Below, one piece after another: positions 19,726 through 29,952 of a stretch of 64,000 bases of DNA. The translations under genes and the position numbers were made by a program. Within the stretch, counting starts at the first letter, position 1. Each line of letters starts with the position of its first letter. The stretch is from a bacterium (GTDB lineage: Bacteria; Hinthialibacterota; Hinthialibacteria; Hinthialibacterales; Hinthialibacteraceae). Under the pieces are notes generated by a model. That model was not told the DNA's origin. It ran no database searches and saw only the letters and a list, made by a program, of their open reading frames with translations. The stretch lies in the NCBI GenBank assembly GCA_963662285.2, contig CAXXMV010000002.1:384001-448000 (forward strand), in the 5' to 3' direction.

Positions 19726-21135
19726 ATGCGTACTCTAATGGCTTTCTCAATAATGGCTTTGTTGGCAGCGTCTCCGGTATTGCTGTTTGCGCAGGACGAC
19801 CAATCCAAACCGGTGGTATACTTCATTCCCTTTGAGGGAGAAGTTGAGATCGGCTTATCAACAGTTCTTAAAAAAGGTTTTAAAGAAGCCGACCAACAAC
19901 GCGCTACTTATATTTTTCTAGAAATGAATACCCCCGGCGGACGCGTCGATGCCGCGCTGGATATAGTCGATCTTATTCTAAATAGCAAAATTCCTGTAGC
20001 GGTATATGTAAAGGATGGCGCAACATCCGCCGGAGCGATTATCAGTCTCGCCGCTGACAATGTCTTCATGAGTGGAGAAAAACTCTCCACCATCGGAACG
20101 GCTTCTCCGGTTCTGGGCGGCGGAGGCGCTTCAAACGAAACTATGGAGGCTAAAGCGCTTTCTTATGTCCTGGCTAAAGTGAGGGCTATTTGTGAAGAAA
20201 AAGGCTTCGATGAACGAAAAATCGAACTTGCTCTAGCCATGGTCGACAAGGAAATGGAAGTGAAAGATAGTAATGGGGATGTGATTTCAGCCAAAGGAAC
20301 GCCTCTGACCTTAACCGCCAAAGAAGCCTTGAAATATGGTTTTATCACCAGCATCGTCAGTAATCGCGAGGAAGCCTTAGCCTATCTTGGGCTTCAAGAC
20401 GCCATACAAATCTTTCGTCAAGAACACGTTTCGGAACGTATAGGCCGATTTCTCTCCAGTATGATGGTGACCAGTCTAATGCTGAGCATCGCTTTTCTGG
20501 GAATATTCATCGAATTCAGATCGCCTGGTTTTGGTTTACCGGGGCTTGTCGGCATTATCGCTTTGGTTCTATTCTTTTGGGGGCATCATATCGCCGGTTT
20601 GGCGGGTCTGGAGGTTCCAATTCTTTTCTTGATTGGAGTATTTCTACTATTTTTAGAATTATTCGTCATTCCCGGCTTTGGATTAACGGGGATTTTCGGC
20701 ATTCTTTTCATTATGTCTTCAATTGTGGTTACTTTGCTCGAACAATCCATTACCAGCCCTCATTTCTACTATGTGGTTGGGTGGGGAGATGTCCTTTATG
20801 CCACAGGCATCACCATGGTTACTATGCTGATTGGTATTACTGGCGCTTTATTGGTTCCATTCATGATACCGGTTTTTGCCAAAGCTCCTTTCGGCTCATG
20901 GTTGTATCTAAAGCAAATTGAAGACAAAGCGAGCGGTTATCATTCTGCTGAAGATGGTCTGGATTTACTTAATGGAAAAGAAGGCATCGCTAGAACCAAT
21001 CTGCGGCCGGCTGGCATCGTCGAGATTGAAGGACGCCGGGTGGATGTCGTCAGTCAGGGCGGCTATATTTCTCTCAATTCTCCTGTTAGGGTTATTAAAG
21101 TCGAAGGTCGGCGCGTTGTTGTGCAACTTTTATAA
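19726..21135 (+). CDS. nfeD: NfeD-type membrane-bound serine protease (long form: ClpP-class domain, TM, OB-fold)
   Basis: MNTPGGRVDAA, ATSAGA, TLTAKEA, E...PGFG, LRPAG...GRRVDV. Confidence 0.9.
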   Translation: MRTLMAFSIMALLAASPVLLFAQDDQSKPVVYFIPFEGEVEIGLSTVLKKGFKEADQQRATYIFLEMNTPGGRVDAALDIVDLILNSKIPVAVYVKDGATSAGAIISLAADNVFMSGEKLSTIGTASPVLGGGGASNETMEAKALSYVLAKVRAICEEKGFDERKIELALAMVDKEMEVKDSNGDVISAKGTPLTLTAKEALKYGFITSIVSNREEALAYLGLQDAIQIFRQEHVSERIGRFLSSMMVTSLMLSIAFLGIFIEFRSPGFGLPGLVGIIALVLFFWGHHIAGLAGLEVPILFLIGVFLLFLELFVIPGFGLTGIFGILFIMSSIVVTLLEQSITSPHFYYVVGWGDVLYATGITMVTMLIGITGALLVPFMIPVFAKAPFGSWLYLKQIEDKASGYHSAEDGLDLLNGKEGIARTNLRPAGIVEIEGRRVDVVSQGGYISLNSPVRVIKVEGRRVVVQLL

Positions 21136-21159
21136 AAAGAATATCTTACGAGGATAGTT

Positions 21160-21639
21160 ATGGTTATCTTTATTATTGTTCTTCTCTTACTAGGGCTTTT
21201 CTTTATTTTCCTTGAATTATTTGTTCCAGGCGGCATAGTTGGTTCCATTGGCGCCATTCTAATGGGAACTGCCATCATAATGTGTTTTTATCACTATGGT
21301 CCTTCTACCGGAATTGCCGTCTTTCTGGGAAGCTGTGTTGTGTCTGTGATTGCGATTGTTTTGTTTATAAAATTATTTCCTCACACTGCTGAAGGAAAAT
21401 GGATTATTATGAGTAATACGCTAGTCAAAGCCAAAGGTTCTCACTCTGATACGGCTGCGCATGAAAGTCTTATTGGCGTAGAAGGGATTTCTGAAAGCGA
21501 ACTGCGGCCAGTGGGAATCGCTACCGTTAATGGTCAACGCCTGGATGTTATGACCGAAGGGGATTTCGTTGAACCGAATACCCCGGTCCGCGTTTTGCGG
21601 GTGGATGGCAACCGAATTGTTGTCGAACGATCTGCATAA
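21160..21639 (+). CDS. Short NfeD family protein
   Basis: TM segments with ELFVPGG and C-terminal LRPVG...RLDV.TEG...VDGNRIVV. Confidence 0.88.
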   Translation: MVIFIIVLLLLGLFFIFLELFVPGGIVGSIGAILMGTAIIMCFYHYGPSTGIAVFLGSCVVSVIAIVLFIKLFPHTAEGKWIIMSNTLVKAKGSHSDTAAHESLIGVEGISESELRPVGIATVNGQRLDVMTEGDFVEPNTPVRVLRVDGNRIVVERSA

Positions 21640-21704
21640 TATGCATAATAAAAGAATATCAAATAAATGTACTAAATATTAATGCGACAAATCAAAAAAG
21701 GAGA

Positions 21705-22730
21705 ATGATTATGGATGGTCTCGAAGGATTGTGGGTGCTTTTACTGATTCTGTTTTTTATAGTTATGTGCGTGTTCGTATATTTCGTACCTGTCAGATTA
21801 TGGGTTGCGGCGTTTACTGCGGGGGTCAAGGTTTCCATATTTTCGCTGATTGGGATGCGTCTTCGCCGGGTTCCTCCCAGCATGATCGTCAATCCTCTGA
21901 TTAATGCTACCAAAGCCGGATTGGATCTAAACACTGATATGCTTGAAGCTCATTATCTATCTGGCGGTAATGTATATCAGGTAATTCAGGCTCTGATTTC
22001 TGCCGATAAAGCCAACATCCCGCTTACTTTTGAGCGTGCGGCAGCTATAGACCTTGCCGGGCGTGATGTCTTTGAAGCCGTTCAGATGTCAGTTCGGCCA
22101 AAGGTTATTGATGCTCCTGATTCCACCAAGGGGCCCGATAAAGTTGCGGCTGTTGCGATGGATGGAATCCAATTAAGGGCCAAGGCCAAAGTGACGGTTA
22201 AAGCTAACCTTGATCGCCTGGTCGGCGGCGCCACTGAAGAAACCATTATCGCCCGCGTCGGCGAAGGAATCGTCACTACAATCGGTTCTTCTAAATCGCA
22301 TAAAACTGTTCTCGAAAATCCTGATTTGATTTCCAAAAACGTTTTGAGCAAAGGGCTTGATTCCGGTACGGGATTTGAGATTCTATCCATTGATATCGCT
22401 GATGTAGATGTTGGCGATAATATCGGCGCCAAATTGCAGATTGATCAAGCTAACGCCGACAAGCAGATCGCCCAGGCTAAAGCGGAAGAGCGTAAAGCAA
22501 TGGCTATTGCTCAAGAACAGGAAATGCGCGCCCGCGTCGAAGAAATGCGCGCCCGCGTCGTCGAGGCTGAAGCGCAGGTTCCTCTTGCTATCGCTGATGC
22601 TTTTCGCTCTGGTAAATTTGGAGTTATGGATTATTACAACATGAAGAATGTCATAGCTGATACGGAAATGCGGCAATCAATTGCCAGTCCACCAAATAGC
22701 AAGACGGATATGGATGATCCTAAAAGTTAA
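21705..22730 (+). CDS. floA: Flotillin-like protein FloA (YqfA/UPF0365)
   Basis: [66 protein letters not shown] favours ATG 21711. Confidence 0.95.
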   Translation: MIMDGLEGLWVLLLILFFIVMCVFVYFVPVRLWVAAFTAGVKVSIFSLIGMRLRRVPPSMIVNPLINATKAGLDLNTDMLEAHYLSGGNVYQVIQALISADKANIPLTFERAAAIDLAGRDVFEAVQMSVRPKVIDAPDSTKGPDKVAAVAMDGIQLRAKAKVTVKANLDRLVGGATEETIIARVGEGIVTTIGSSKSHKTVLENPDLISKNVLSKGLDSGTGFEILSIDIADVDVGDNIGAKLQIDQANADKQIAQAKAEERKAMAIAQEQEMRARVEEMRARVVEAEAQVPLAIADAFRSGKFGVMDYYNMKNVIADTEMRQSIASPPNSKTDMDDPKS

Positions 22731-22821
22731 TAGTTCTGTATAAGAACAACTTTATCTTTAAGATTCAAATAGCATCATATATAGCGGTTAATAAAAGTTT
22801 ATATGTATTGAAATCTCTGGA

Positions 22822-22858
22822 TTAGTCCAAAGCCTGATATTTTCGGGCTTTGGACTAA
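22822..22858 (+). terminator. 16-bp hairpin downstream of floA, probable terminator
   Basis: TTAGTCCAAAGCCTGA-tattt-TCGGGCTTTGGACTAA; no strong T tail. Confidence 0.55.
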
Positions 22859-22891
22859 GTAGTGAGGCTAACTCATTATGTCAGGCGACCT

Positions 22892-22925
22892 CGTCCCCTC
22901 TCCCTCTGGGGCTATGGTGAGGGGG
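22892..22925 (-). repeat. Degenerate CCCTCACC...GGGAGAGGG-type REP-like palindrome
   Basis: Minus strand reads CCCCCTCACCATAGCCCCAGAGGGAGAGGGGACG, related to the element at 27294. Confidence 0.55.
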
Positions 22926-23280
22926 AATTACAGAAAACCGTCTGACAAAAGAAATTGGTCGAACTACTAGAGCCAAGCTTATTTTGAGCATCACTCATTT
23001 CTCCCTATCCTAAGGCATGTCTTTTGCTGTCGGTTAGCGACATATTTAGGTTATCGTTAACGCGGCTGTTTTTTTTACAAGGCTTTGAACTATTGAAAAC
23101 TGGGTAGAACCATCCTGATGACCTTGAATTTTCCTCTTATGACTTTAAAATCACTCACTCTACGGAATTAACATGCTGAAATTACCAGCGTTACAAATGA
23201 TTTTATTTCTGCGGTTAATTACTCTTTCTATTAGAGTACCTATAATACTGTTTCTTTTACACTTAAATTGGAGATAACCC

Positions 23281-24186
23281 GTGCGTTGTATTGTCTTGGT
23301 TAAACAAGTGCCGGATACAAAAAATATTACCACTGAAACCATGAAAGCTGATGGTACGGTCAACCGTGCTGCGCTTCCAGCGGTATTCAATCCCGATGAT
23401 CTTTGCGCTCTCGAACTGGCTCTTCAGGTTCGCGACCAATATGGCGGCGAAGTTCATGTGATTACAATGGGGCCTCCACGAGCGGTGGATATTCTTCGCG
23501 ACGCTTTGTGCAGAGGCGCGGATGAGGCTTTTCTGATAACGGATCGCCGCTTCGCTGCGGCTGATACGCTTGCCACATCATATACTCTGTGTAAGGCTAT
23601 ACAGAAATTGGGCGACTACGACCTGGTTTTCTGCGGCAGCCAGGCGATTGATGGCGACACTGCGCAAGTCGGTCCACAGGTTGCTGAAAAAATGGGGCTT
23701 CCCCAGGTAACCTATGCTCAGGAAATCACTATCGAAGACGGTAAACTTCTTGTTCGTCGTGAAGTTGAAGGCGGATACGAAATCCTGAAACTTTCTGCTC
23801 CCGCTTTGATTACCGTCGCTGGTGGTTATGTTCTTCCTCGTCCCAAAAACGCTATGCGTATGATTCAATACAGAAATGCAACGACTTATCTTTCTGTACC
23901 TTCTCAAATTCAAGATAAATACCCTGATCTTTCTGAGGAAGAACTGAATAACAAGGTTGATCAACATACGCAATTCCTTAAAGATAAAGGTCTTTTGATT
24001 GATGTCTTGACGGCGGATGACATAAATGTTGAGGATGAGCGGATTGGAAAAGCCGGCTCTCCGACATTAGTCTGGAAAGTTCAAACAGTTACTTTGCAGA
24101 CTTCAGAATGTAAAGAAATCGAATCTAACGAGAGTGGAATTAATTCATTAATGCGGGAACTGCTTGATGATCGCGTGCTTGGTTAG
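23281..24186 (+). CDS. etfB: Electron transfer flavoprotein subunit beta
   Basis: VLVKQVPDT, NPDDLCALE, TMGPP, ADTLAT, G.QAIDGDTAQVGP, GSPT. Confidence 0.95.
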   Translation: MRCIVLVKQVPDTKNITTETMKADGTVNRAALPAVFNPDDLCALELALQVRDQYGGEVHVITMGPPRAVDILRDALCRGADEAFLITDRRFAAADTLATSYTLCKAIQKLGDYDLVFCGSQAIDGDTAQVGPQVAEKMGLPQVTYAQEITIEDGKLLVRREVEGGYEILKLSAPALITVAGGYVLPRPKNAMRMIQYRNATTYLSVPSQIQDKYPDLSEEELNNKVDQHTQFLKDKGLLIDVLTADDINVEDERIGKAGSPTLVWKVQTVTLQTSECKEIESNESGINSLMRELLDDRVLG

Positions 24187-24217
24187 AGCGACTCTTAAAA
24201 AACGTGCGCCAAGGTGG

Positions 24218-24253
24218 TTGTTAAAAGTTCCCAAAAGATGAAACTTTTAACAA
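24218..24253. promoter_or_regulatory. Perfect 12-bp inverted repeat in the etfB-etfA spacer
   Basis: TTGTTAAAAGTT-N12-AACTTTTAACAA, with TATAAT at 24275-24280. Confidence 0.45.
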
Positions 24254-24344
24254 ATCAAATGTTTTCAATGCGTGTATAATTTTTATTAACCGCATTATTC
24301 GCTTCATTTATTAACAAGAACTTTAATTGGGATAAGACTTCATT

Positions 24345-25361
24345 ATGGCTTCAACACAGGAAATTTGGGTTTTTGCTGAACAGGAAGATGGTAAACTAAA
24401 GCCTGTCGCTTTAGAACTCTTAGGCCGGGCGTATAAACTAGCCAAAGAACTAGGCGTTCAAGTTGGCGCCATGCTTCTTGGCGATAACGTTCGCGGTTTG
24501 GCTGATGAACTTTGCCAGCATGGCGCTGATAAGGTATATCTTGCTGATAATCCAGAACTTAAACAATATCGTACTTTGCCTTATACAAAAGTTGTTCGCG
24601 ATATAATTGCTCAATATAAGCCACAGATTGTTCTATATGGCGCAACAATGATCGGGCGCGACCTGGCCCCGCGTATAGCGTCGAATATGCAAACGGGTTT
24701 AACTGCGGATTGTACAGACTTGCAAATCGGCGGTTACTCCAAAAAAAGCACTGGCGAGGATATTAGTGATATTCTACACCAGATTCGACCGGCATTCGGC
24801 GGCAACGTCATCGCGACTATCGTCAGTCCATATCACACGCCTCAAATGGCTACGGTTCGCGAAGGTGTTATGAAACCCCGGACTTTCGAAGAAATCCGTA
24901 AAACGGAAGTAGTTTATTTTACTCCAACTATCACCGACGCGGAAAAAGTCGTTGAGATTATCGAGCGCTATCAAAAACCCAGGACAGTTGATCTTCGCGC
25001 TGCCCGTATCATCGTATCCGGCGGCGCAGGAGTCGGCGGGCCGGAGGGATTTGGATTGATCGGCGAATTAGCCCATGTTCTTGGCGGTGAAGTTGGCGCA
25101 AGCCGTGCTGCGGTTGATGGTGGATTCATCGGAAAAGATCACCAGGTCGGGCAAACGGGAACAGTTGTAAGGCCGGTTCTGTATATTGCATGCGGCATCA
25201 GCGGCGCTATTCAGCACCGGGTTGGTATGCAGAATGCAGCCAAGATAATTGCCATCAATATTGATCCTCAAGCCCCGATTTTCTCAGTCGCGCATTACCG
25301 TATAGTAGGCGATCTCTTCAAAGTGATCCCTATGCTGATACGGGCCTATAAAACATTATAA
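24345..25361 (+). CDS. etfA: Electron transfer flavoprotein subunit alpha
   Basis: IWVFAEQ, GRDLAPR, TGLTADCT, RPAFGGN, SRAAVD, QVGQTG, GISGAIQH. Confidence 0.96.
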   Translation: MASTQEIWVFAEQEDGKLKPVALELLGRAYKLAKELGVQVGAMLLGDNVRGLADELCQHGADKVYLADNPELKQYRTLPYTKVVRDIIAQYKPQIVLYGATMIGRDLAPRIASNMQTGLTADCTDLQIGGYSKKSTGEDISDILHQIRPAFGGNVIATIVSPYHTPQMATVREGVMKPRTFEEIRKTEVVYFTPTITDAEKVVEIIERYQKPRTVDLRAARIIVSGGAGVGGPEGFGLIGELAHVLGGEVGASRAAVDGGFIGKDHQVGQTGTVVRPVLYIACGISGAIQHRVGMQNAAKIIAINIDPQAPIFSVAHYRIVGDLFKVIPMLIRAYKTL

Positions 25362-25446
25362 TCTTGATAATTCAATATTTACGCTGCTGATTCAGGCGTG
25401 AATTTAACCTGATTGATAACTTAAACGCCTTTACTGGAATAAAAAC

Positions 25447-27171
25447 ATGTCCAACTTTTATACCGACAATTCTGATCTTCAATTTGCGTTCAGACACATA
25501 GACTGGTCTGAGATCATTTCTATGAAAGAGAAGAACTATTCTGAAGCAGATCAGTATCCTGATGCTCCAGCATCTTTTGAAGAAGCGCTGATCAATTATG
25601 AAAGCATCCTGGAACTGGCTGGCGAAGTGGCTGGAGAATATATCGATCCACGCTCCGCCGCAGTTGATGAACAAGGCTGTAAACTAGAAAATGGCGTTGT
25701 TCATTATGCTCCCGAAACCGATGATTCCCTTAGAGACCTCACTCATGCCGGATTGATGGGCATCCCCCTGCCGCGCCGTTTTGGGGGGCTTAATTGCTCT
25801 ACCGTTATTGGCAATACCGTTATAGAAATCGTTTCCCGCGCTGATGCGGGATTAATGACTATCTTCGGATTGCAGGAAATCGCCGAAACCATCAATATGT
25901 TCGCCAGCGACGAACAAAAAGCAGCGACTCTTCCCCGATTTGCCCGTGGAGACGTAACCGGAGCGATGGTTTTGACTGAACCAGATGCCGGATCAGACCT
26001 TCAGGCGGTTCAGCTTCGCGCTAGTGAAAATCCTGATGGAGATATTTTCCTTTTGAATGGCGTTAAGCGGTTCATCAGCAATGGCTGTGGAGAGATTCTT
26101 CTGGTTCTGGCCCGGAGCGAGCCTACACGTAAAGGCGCCGCTGGTCTTAGCATGTTCCTTTGCGAAAAGGGACCTACTGTTAAAATCCGCCGCCTCGAAA
26201 ACAAACTGGGCATCAAAGGTTCTCCGACTTGCGAAATGCAGTTCATGGATACCCCTGCTCAACTGGTAGGCAAACGTCGTAGAGGTTTAACCCATTACGT
26301 TATGTCGCTTATGAACGGCGCCCGCATCGCTATCGCCGCCCAAGCAACAGGCATCGCCGAAGCTGCTTACCGGGCTGCGGTGGATTACGCCAAAACCCGT
26401 GAACAATTCGGTAAATCAATCATAAAGTTCACAGCTGTTGCTGACATGCTGGTTGAAATGAAAACCATGGTCGAAGCGTCCCGCGCTTTGAATATGGAGA
26501 CCTGCTATGCCATTGATATTGATAAACTTCTTGAAGAAAAACTCGATAAAGAAAGCCTCGAAGGCGATGAGTTGCAAGAAATCAAAGCCCGGAGGGCCTC
26601 CTATAAACGCTTCGCCGCTATGCTAACGCCAATGAGTAAGATGTATGCCACCGAAATCTGTCAGAAAGTCACTCATGACTCAATCCAGGTTCATGGCGGA
26701 AGCGGATATATGAAAGATTATCCGGTGGAACGTTATTATCGCGACGCCCGCATTACCAATATCTATGAAGGGACCACTCAACTTCAGGTTGTCGCCGCAA
26801 TCGGTGGAATAACCAGTGGAACCTTTATGGCGTATCTCAAAGTATTAGATGGATATATGACGGATTCGGTTGATCAGTCATTATTGAAATCAGTTCGCGA
26901 CCGCGTTGCCAAAACGGAAGAGGTTATCGCCTTCTTCAGCGAAAAGGAACAGGAATACCGCGATCTATACGCCCGTGAGATGGTCGATCTTGCTATTGAA
27001 CTGATTCTTTCTTATCTCTTGCTCCGTCAATCAGCCAACAATGACCGTAAGAAAATCGTCGCCAATCATTTCATTACCAAGACAGCCTTGGTGATGGACA
27101 TGCGAATGGAACGCATCAAGAGCGGCGAAACCGCTACTATCGATTTCTTTGAAGAAATTGTTGTTGAATAG
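25447..27171 (+). CDS. Acyl-CoA dehydrogenase with N- and C-terminal extensions
   Basis: MSNFYTDN start, AMVLTEPDAGSDLQ, NGVKRFI, KLGIKGSPTCE, R.QFGK, QVHGGSGY, RDARITNIYEGT. Confidence 0.93.
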   Translation: MSNFYTDNSDLQFAFRHIDWSEIISMKEKNYSEADQYPDAPASFEEALINYESILELAGEVAGEYIDPRSAAVDEQGCKLENGVVHYAPETDDSLRDLTHAGLMGIPLPRRFGGLNCSTVIGNTVIEIVSRADAGLMTIFGLQEIAETINMFASDEQKAATLPRFARGDVTGAMVLTEPDAGSDLQAVQLRASENPDGDIFLLNGVKRFISNGCGEILLVLARSEPTRKGAAGLSMFLCEKGPTVKIRRLENKLGIKGSPTCEMQFMDTPAQLVGKRRRGLTHYVMSLMNGARIAIAAQATGIAEAAYRAAVDYAKTREQFGKSIIKFTAVADMLVEMKTMVEASRALNMETCYAIDIDKLLEEKLDKESLEGDELQEIKARRASYKRFAAMLTPMSKMYATEICQKVTHDSIQVHGGSGYMKDYPVERYYRDARITNIYEGTTQLQVVAAIGGITSGTFMAYLKVLDGYMTDSVDQSLLKSVRDRVAKTEEVIAFFSEKEQEYRDLYAREMVDLAIELILSYLLLRQSANNDRKKIVANHFITKTALVMDMRMERIKSGETATIDFFEEIVVE

Positions 27172-27187
27172 TAAAAACAAAAATTAC

Positions 27188-27229
27188 AAAAAAGCCCTTG
27201 ATGATCATCTTCATCAAGGGCTTTTTTTT
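27188..27229. terminator. Bidirectional Rho-independent terminator
   Basis: AAAAAAGCCCTTGATGA-tcatct-TCATCAAGGGCTTTTTTTT. Confidence 0.9.
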
Positions 27230-27293
27230 GTGTTAAGCTTAAATTTTTTGTTATCAAGCATTGATGATCCTGGCAATGGGTAATTGTTATCAA

Positions 27294-27326
27294 CCCTCAC
27301 CTAGCCTCTCCCAATCTTGGGAGAGG
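27294..27326 (+). repeat. REP-like palindrome (CCCTCACC-TAG-CCTCTCCCAA-TC-TTGGGAGAGG)
   Basis: Perfect 10-bp stem preceded by CCCTCACC, located between convergent genes. Confidence 0.65.
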
Positions 27327-27400
27327 AATGTTAGACCACAGTGTTTTCTAAAACTATAAATTTTCCAGTTGACTTTAGAATCATAATCTAACTGCCGTTT

Positions 27401-27682
27401 TTAGGATGAAGTGCGATCACGGACTTTTTGCTTTTTTGATTCTCTCTCTGATTCTAATTTAATGATTTCATGCGCCATCTCTGCTTGAATCTGCTGTATG
27501 ATTTGCGGGTCGCCCATAGCAGATGCAATCTTCTCGTCGGCCATGATCTTTGCTTGAGCGATCTGAGCCTCGTATTTTTCGCCAATCTCGGCGATTTCCT
27601 TCTTCTGCTCTTCCGTTATAGGGGGACCAGAAGGAGATTCTTTCTCTAATCTTTCCATGGCCAATTCATAAGCGCTTTTCAT
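27401..27682 (-). CDS. Conserved small helical hypothetical protein
   Basis: MKSAYELAMERL N-terminus, RBS AAGGAG, directly downstream of dnaJ. Confidence 0.85.
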   Translation of the reverse strand: MKSAYELAMERLEKESPSGPPITEEQKKEIAEIGEKYEAQIAQAKIMADEKIASAMGDPQIIQQIQAEMAHEIIKLESERESKKQKVRDRTSS

Positions 27683-27706
27683 TTCTTATCTCCTTGTTAA
27701 CGGATT

Positions 27707-28852
27707 TTATCCACCAAATACCTGTTTCACCTTATCAAAGAACGAACTGGTATGCGGATTGGTCTCTTCGCCGCTGATTTGCGCAAATTCGTCTAATATT
27801 TCACGCTGGCGGGCGGTTAAGCGTGTTGGGGTTTCAACCACAATACGAACCAGTTGATCTCCCTGGCCATATCCACGGATGCTGGGCATTCCCCGGTTTG
27901 ATAATCTGAACATCTGGCCGGTTTGCGATCCGGCGGGGACCTTCATAGATATTCTTCCTTCAAGGGTGGGTACCTTCAACTCAGCGCCAAGAGCTGCTTG
28001 AGGGAAAGAAATGGGAATTTCGCAAATCAAGTCGTCTCCATCACGTTGAAACAAAGGATGATCCTGAACGGTTAAAACAATATACAGATCGCCTGGAGGG
28101 CCGCCATTAAAACCAGCTTCGCCTTCGCCGGTTATTTTAAGTTTTAGACCTGTCATTGAACCGGCGGGAACCTTAACATTGACGCGTCGGCGGCTCATTA
28201 TACGGCCGTTTCCATGACACTTAACGCATGGATTTTTAATGATTTGCCCGGTTCCATTGCAACGGTTGCAGGTACGCGAGATGCTGAAAAAGCCTTGCGA
28301 CAACCGGGTCTGCCCCGAACCGTTGCATTGCGGGCAAACGCCTGGTTTATGTCCGGGAGCGCATCCGCTTCCTGAACAGGCGTCGCATGAAACCTGTTTA
28401 GGTACTTCAATTGGCTTGTCAACTCCTTTGTAGGCGTCTTCAAGCGTCACTCTAAGATCGTAGCGAAGATCATCACCACGGCTGGTTCTTGATTGAGAAC
28501 CTCGTCGAGTACGTCCCCCGCCGAATATTTCGTCAAATATATCGCCAAAACCGCCGAATATATCCTGGAAATCGCGGAAAGCCGCATCTCCATGGCCGCC
28601 GCCGAATCCACCCTGCCCTACTCCGGCATGGCCAAACTGGTCGTAATTACGGCGTTTTTCTGCATCAGACAAAATTTCATAAGCTTCTGTGGCTTCTCTG
28701 AATTTTGATTCGGCCTTTTTATTGTTCTGATTCCGGTCGGGATGATATTTAAGCGCTAATTTGCGGTAAGATTTTTTAATCTCATCAGGAGATGCTCCGC
28801 GATTGACGCCAAGTATTTCGTAATAATCTCGTTTATCTGCCATTATGGCCAT
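27707..28852 (-). CDS. dnaJ: Chaperone DnaJ
   Basis: J-domain with HPD, G/F region, four CxxCxGxG repeats, C-terminal domain. Alternative start 28843. Confidence 0.98.
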   Translation of the reverse strand: MAIMADKRDYYEILGVNRGASPDEIKKSYRKLALKYHPDRNQNNKKAESKFREATEAYEILSDAEKRRNYDQFGHAGVGQGGFGGGHGDAAFRDFQDIFGGFGDIFDEIFGGGRTRRGSQSRTSRGDDLRYDLRVTLEDAYKGVDKPIEVPKQVSCDACSGSGCAPGHKPGVCPQCNGSGQTRLSQGFFSISRTCNRCNGTGQIIKNPCVKCHGNGRIMSRRRVNVKVPAGSMTGLKLKITGEGEAGFNGGPPGDLYIVLTVQDHPLFQRDGDDLICEIPISFPQAALGAELKVPTLEGRISMKVPAGSQTGQMFRLSNRGMPSIRGYGQGDQLVRIVVETPTRLTARQREILDEFAQISGEETNPHTSSFFDKVKQVFGG

Positions 28853-28962
28853 ATCCTAGCCGTCTTTGCGCCATTTTGGCGCAAATTCAGGGGTTTAATT
28901 TAATTTATTAAATCTAATTAGTGAAAATAGCAATTCCTATACCTGAATTAAGGCGTATTGGA

Positions 28963-29952
28963 TTATTCTATCAAAGAAAAATAATTTGAATAATAGGACA
29001 AGATCATATAAGCGACAAATCCCATGATTATAAAATAAAAAAGCATCGGAACAATGCGGCCTAATTGATGGAATTTCCTTTCTGCTTCCAGCTGCTCGAA
29101 TTTTGCGTATTTGTTCAGCATAGACTCTAGTTTTCCAGATTCTTCTCCAGTTGCGATCATGCCAAGTGCGATGGGAGTGAATAGCCGGGTATCTGACATG
29201 GTTTGGGCGATATTGCCTCCCTCTTTGAGAAGATGGCTCGATTTAAGCAACCTTTCTGAGATAACCATGTTTGCGCAAGTCAGAGCTGAGTCGCGGTATG
29301 CGTCGAGAACCGAAAAACCAGCTATGTATAGATTTTCGAAGGTCTTGGCGAATTGAGCGTTGTTGAAATGCCTTATTGCTTTGCCAAAAAATGGAATACC
29401 CAAAGCTATCCGGTGTAATATCCGGCGCGTGATCGATTGTTGGTTCAAGAACCTGAAGGCGGCAAGGAAAAGGATGATTCCTATAACCAGACGTATGGCG
29501 TTCCACATCAGTGATGTCAATAAATCATCAACACCACCCAGAAACATGGCTTTCAGAAGCGGACAAACCACTATCGCGGTGAACAGGATCATTGCCGGGT
29601 AAATCATATCAATCCACATACGAATCCAGATATGTCTTAAATCACCTTGCAACCGTGCGATATTCGACATGGCGAAATTAGCCGTACCGCTTGCTTCCCC
29701 TGCTTTCACTATCTTTCGCTCTAGTATGGGGAAAATATCACTATGGCGATCAAAGGCAGTAGCAAGCGAACCGCCGGATTTTATATGATCGGCCATATCC
29801 TGCGCGGCGCGGCGTAATTTTGATGACTCCAGTTGCGCAATAGTCTCCAGGCTTCTAACCGGAGGTATTCCTGCGTCTAGCATCTGTTCTAATTGTTGGT
29901 AAAAAGCGATTCGCCTTTTTCTTGATACACCAAAAAACGGGAACAATGACAT
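28963..29952 (-). CDS. Type II secretion / type IV pilus inner-membrane platform protein (GspF/PilC family)
   Basis: Two T2SSF repeats (QL..ML.AGIP...GEASG; GEESGKLESML) with intervening TM helices. Confidence 0.85.
   Translation of the reverse strand: MSLFPFFGVSRKRRIAFYQQLEQMLDAGIPPVRSLETIAQLESSKLRRAAQDMADHIKSGGSLATAFDRHSDIFPILERKIVKAGEASGTANFAMSNIARLQGDLRHIWIRMWIDMIYPAMILFTAIVVCPLLKAMFLGGVDDLLTSLMWNAIRLVIGIILFLAAFRFLNQQSITRRILHRIALGIPFFGKAIRHFNNAQFAKTFENLYIAGFSVLDAYRDSALTCANMVISERLLKSSHLLKEGGNIAQTMSDTRLFTPIALGMIATGEESGKLESMLNKYAKFEQLEAERKFHQLGRIVPMLFYFIIMGFVAYMILSYYSNYFSLIE

Noticed and set aside
19511-19750. 79-aa minus-strand ORF
   Set aside because: AT-rich divergent promoter region, overlaps the nfeD start, no RBS or recognisable motif.
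22521-22560. 21-nt tandem repeat in floA ([14 protein letters not shown])
   Set aside because: Encodes the coiled-coil repeat expected in FloA proteins; not a separate element.
28865-28885. Possible CIRCE upstream of dnaJ
   Set aside because: Sequence and 3-nt spacer do not match TTAGCACTC-N9-GAGTGCTAA.
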